Positions 63,222-64,000 of a stretch of DNA of 64,000 nucleotides are shown here, piece by piece. A program made the position numbers and the translations under genes. The notes under the pieces are model-generated. The model worked only from the letters and a program-made list of their open reading frames with translations. It did no database searches and was not told where the DNA came from. Each line of letters begins with the position of its first letter. The first letter of the stretch is position 1. Source of the stretch: a virus; the IMG/VR virus record IMGVR_UViG_3300049491_001102, positions 1 to 64,000 of that record; one strand, 5' to 3'.

Positions 63222-64000
63222 TGGATTGTTCCACTTACGTTAGAGACGATTACACCGCCATCTTTGGCATTAAGCACGTCGTACGTCAGATGTATCTGCA
63301 ATGCATAGCGACCATCCGCATCGAGAGCATATTCGCACTTTGCCGTGAGAATTTTCACCCGCGGCTCATAGTTTCGCAGGGCATCAACAACACGAAGACG
63401 GGCGAGCGCAAGGGTGGCTTCGGTTGCCGGCGCATGCCGAATGCGATCTAAAAGCGAGCCGAACTCTGGCATCCACTCCAACTCGCCGTATCCCTGGCCC
63501 GAACTGCAAATGGTCCCCAGGATTTGTCGAATATTGGCGCCAATTAGCCGGGTTCCTCCCGCATGAGCAAAGTCCCCTTTGCCATCGCGACCGAAGGGCA
63601 AAAGCAAACCCTCGCGCAACTCTTGGGCGACAACCGATGAGCCTATCGTTGCGCCGCGCAGGCTTGATTCGGGAAACGATGTCAGGGGTTTTTGGCCCGC
63701 GAAGGTTGACCATTTCAGGTCCTGCTCGACGATATTCACCCCCGCATCGATCGCCAACACGCGGAGCATCGGAGCTTCCGGCCATTTGCCTGCGCGGAGA
63801 ACTCGAAACCGGTATCCGTTGGTGATTGCGGAAAGCGTGGAGTTTGCCAAGTAGCGCGCCGCAAAAGCGCTGCCGTCGTAAACGACTTCTTGATCTCCAG
63901 ACGAGTAAATTGCGTTTACTGCAATACGAACAAGGTTGTTGTCCGCGTCTGTTACAGAGAACTGTAAAATAGTGTTCTCTGAGACAGCACTGTCAACATT
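63218..64000 (-). CDS. GPW/gp25-like baseplate protein with N-terminal extension (5' end outside the window)
   Basis: IRQILGT..GE..MPEFGS, AL..YEPRV; frame stays open to position 64000. Confidence 0.8.
   Translation of the reverse strand, partial: NVDSAVSENTILQFSVTDADNNLVRIAVNAIYSSGDQEVVYDGSAFAARYLANSTLSAITNGYRFRVLRAGKWPEAPMLRVLAIDAGVNIVEQDLKWSTFAGQKPLTSFPESSLRGATIGSSVVAQELREGLLLPFGRDGKGDFAHAGGTRLIGANIRQILGTICSSGQGYGELEWMPEFGSLLDRIRHAPATEATLALARLRVVDALRNYEPRVKILTAKCEYALDADGRYALQIHLTYDVLNAKDGGVIVSNVSGTIQ

Noticed and set aside
47976-64000. Tail genes as a tailocin or extracellular contractile injection system
   Set aside because: Contiguous with a complete phage replication module and early region, so a genuine phage is more parsimonious

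Overview
A 64 kb segment of a large tailed dsDNA phage. Baseplate J and gp25-like genes indicate a contractile tail. No integrase, CRISPR array or rRNA is visible, and the host is probably a high-GC bacterium (some tail genes recall myxobacterial prophage genes, from memory only). Layout: (1) 0.3-8.8 kb, an early-type array of small, often paralogous ORFs driven by repeated sigma70-type promoters with palindromic boxes; (2) 8.8-9.4 kb, a non-coding repeat/AT-rich junction; (3) 9.7-34.7 kb, a mostly minus-strand replication/recombination module (MT-A70 methylase, KTSC, clamp-like protein, SbcCD, RecA, gp32-like SSB, UDG-PolA fusion, primase, DnaB, initiator with internal iterons, PadR, SF2 helicase, ECF-like sigma factor); (4) 34.9-45.1 kb, plus-strand MoxR ATPase/vWA, GH25 endolysin, Tmk, RuvC, Dam-like methylase and a tRNA-like RNA; (5) 45.1-47.1 kb, an XRE plus Acb2/Tad1-like cassette with shared operators; (6) 47.1-64 kb, holin-like, tail fibre and baseplate genes. 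Best leads: a three-part replication-control locus (stand-alone paralogue of the initiator DNA-binding domain, iterons, internal promoter); a phage sigma factor with a candidate promoter class AACTTT-N11-(G/A)CTAT; an operator-controlled putative anti-defence cassette; a tRNA-like RNA with a remodelled anticodon arm; and prion-like Q-rich tails on replication proteins. All family calls come from reading motifs by eye, not from database searches.
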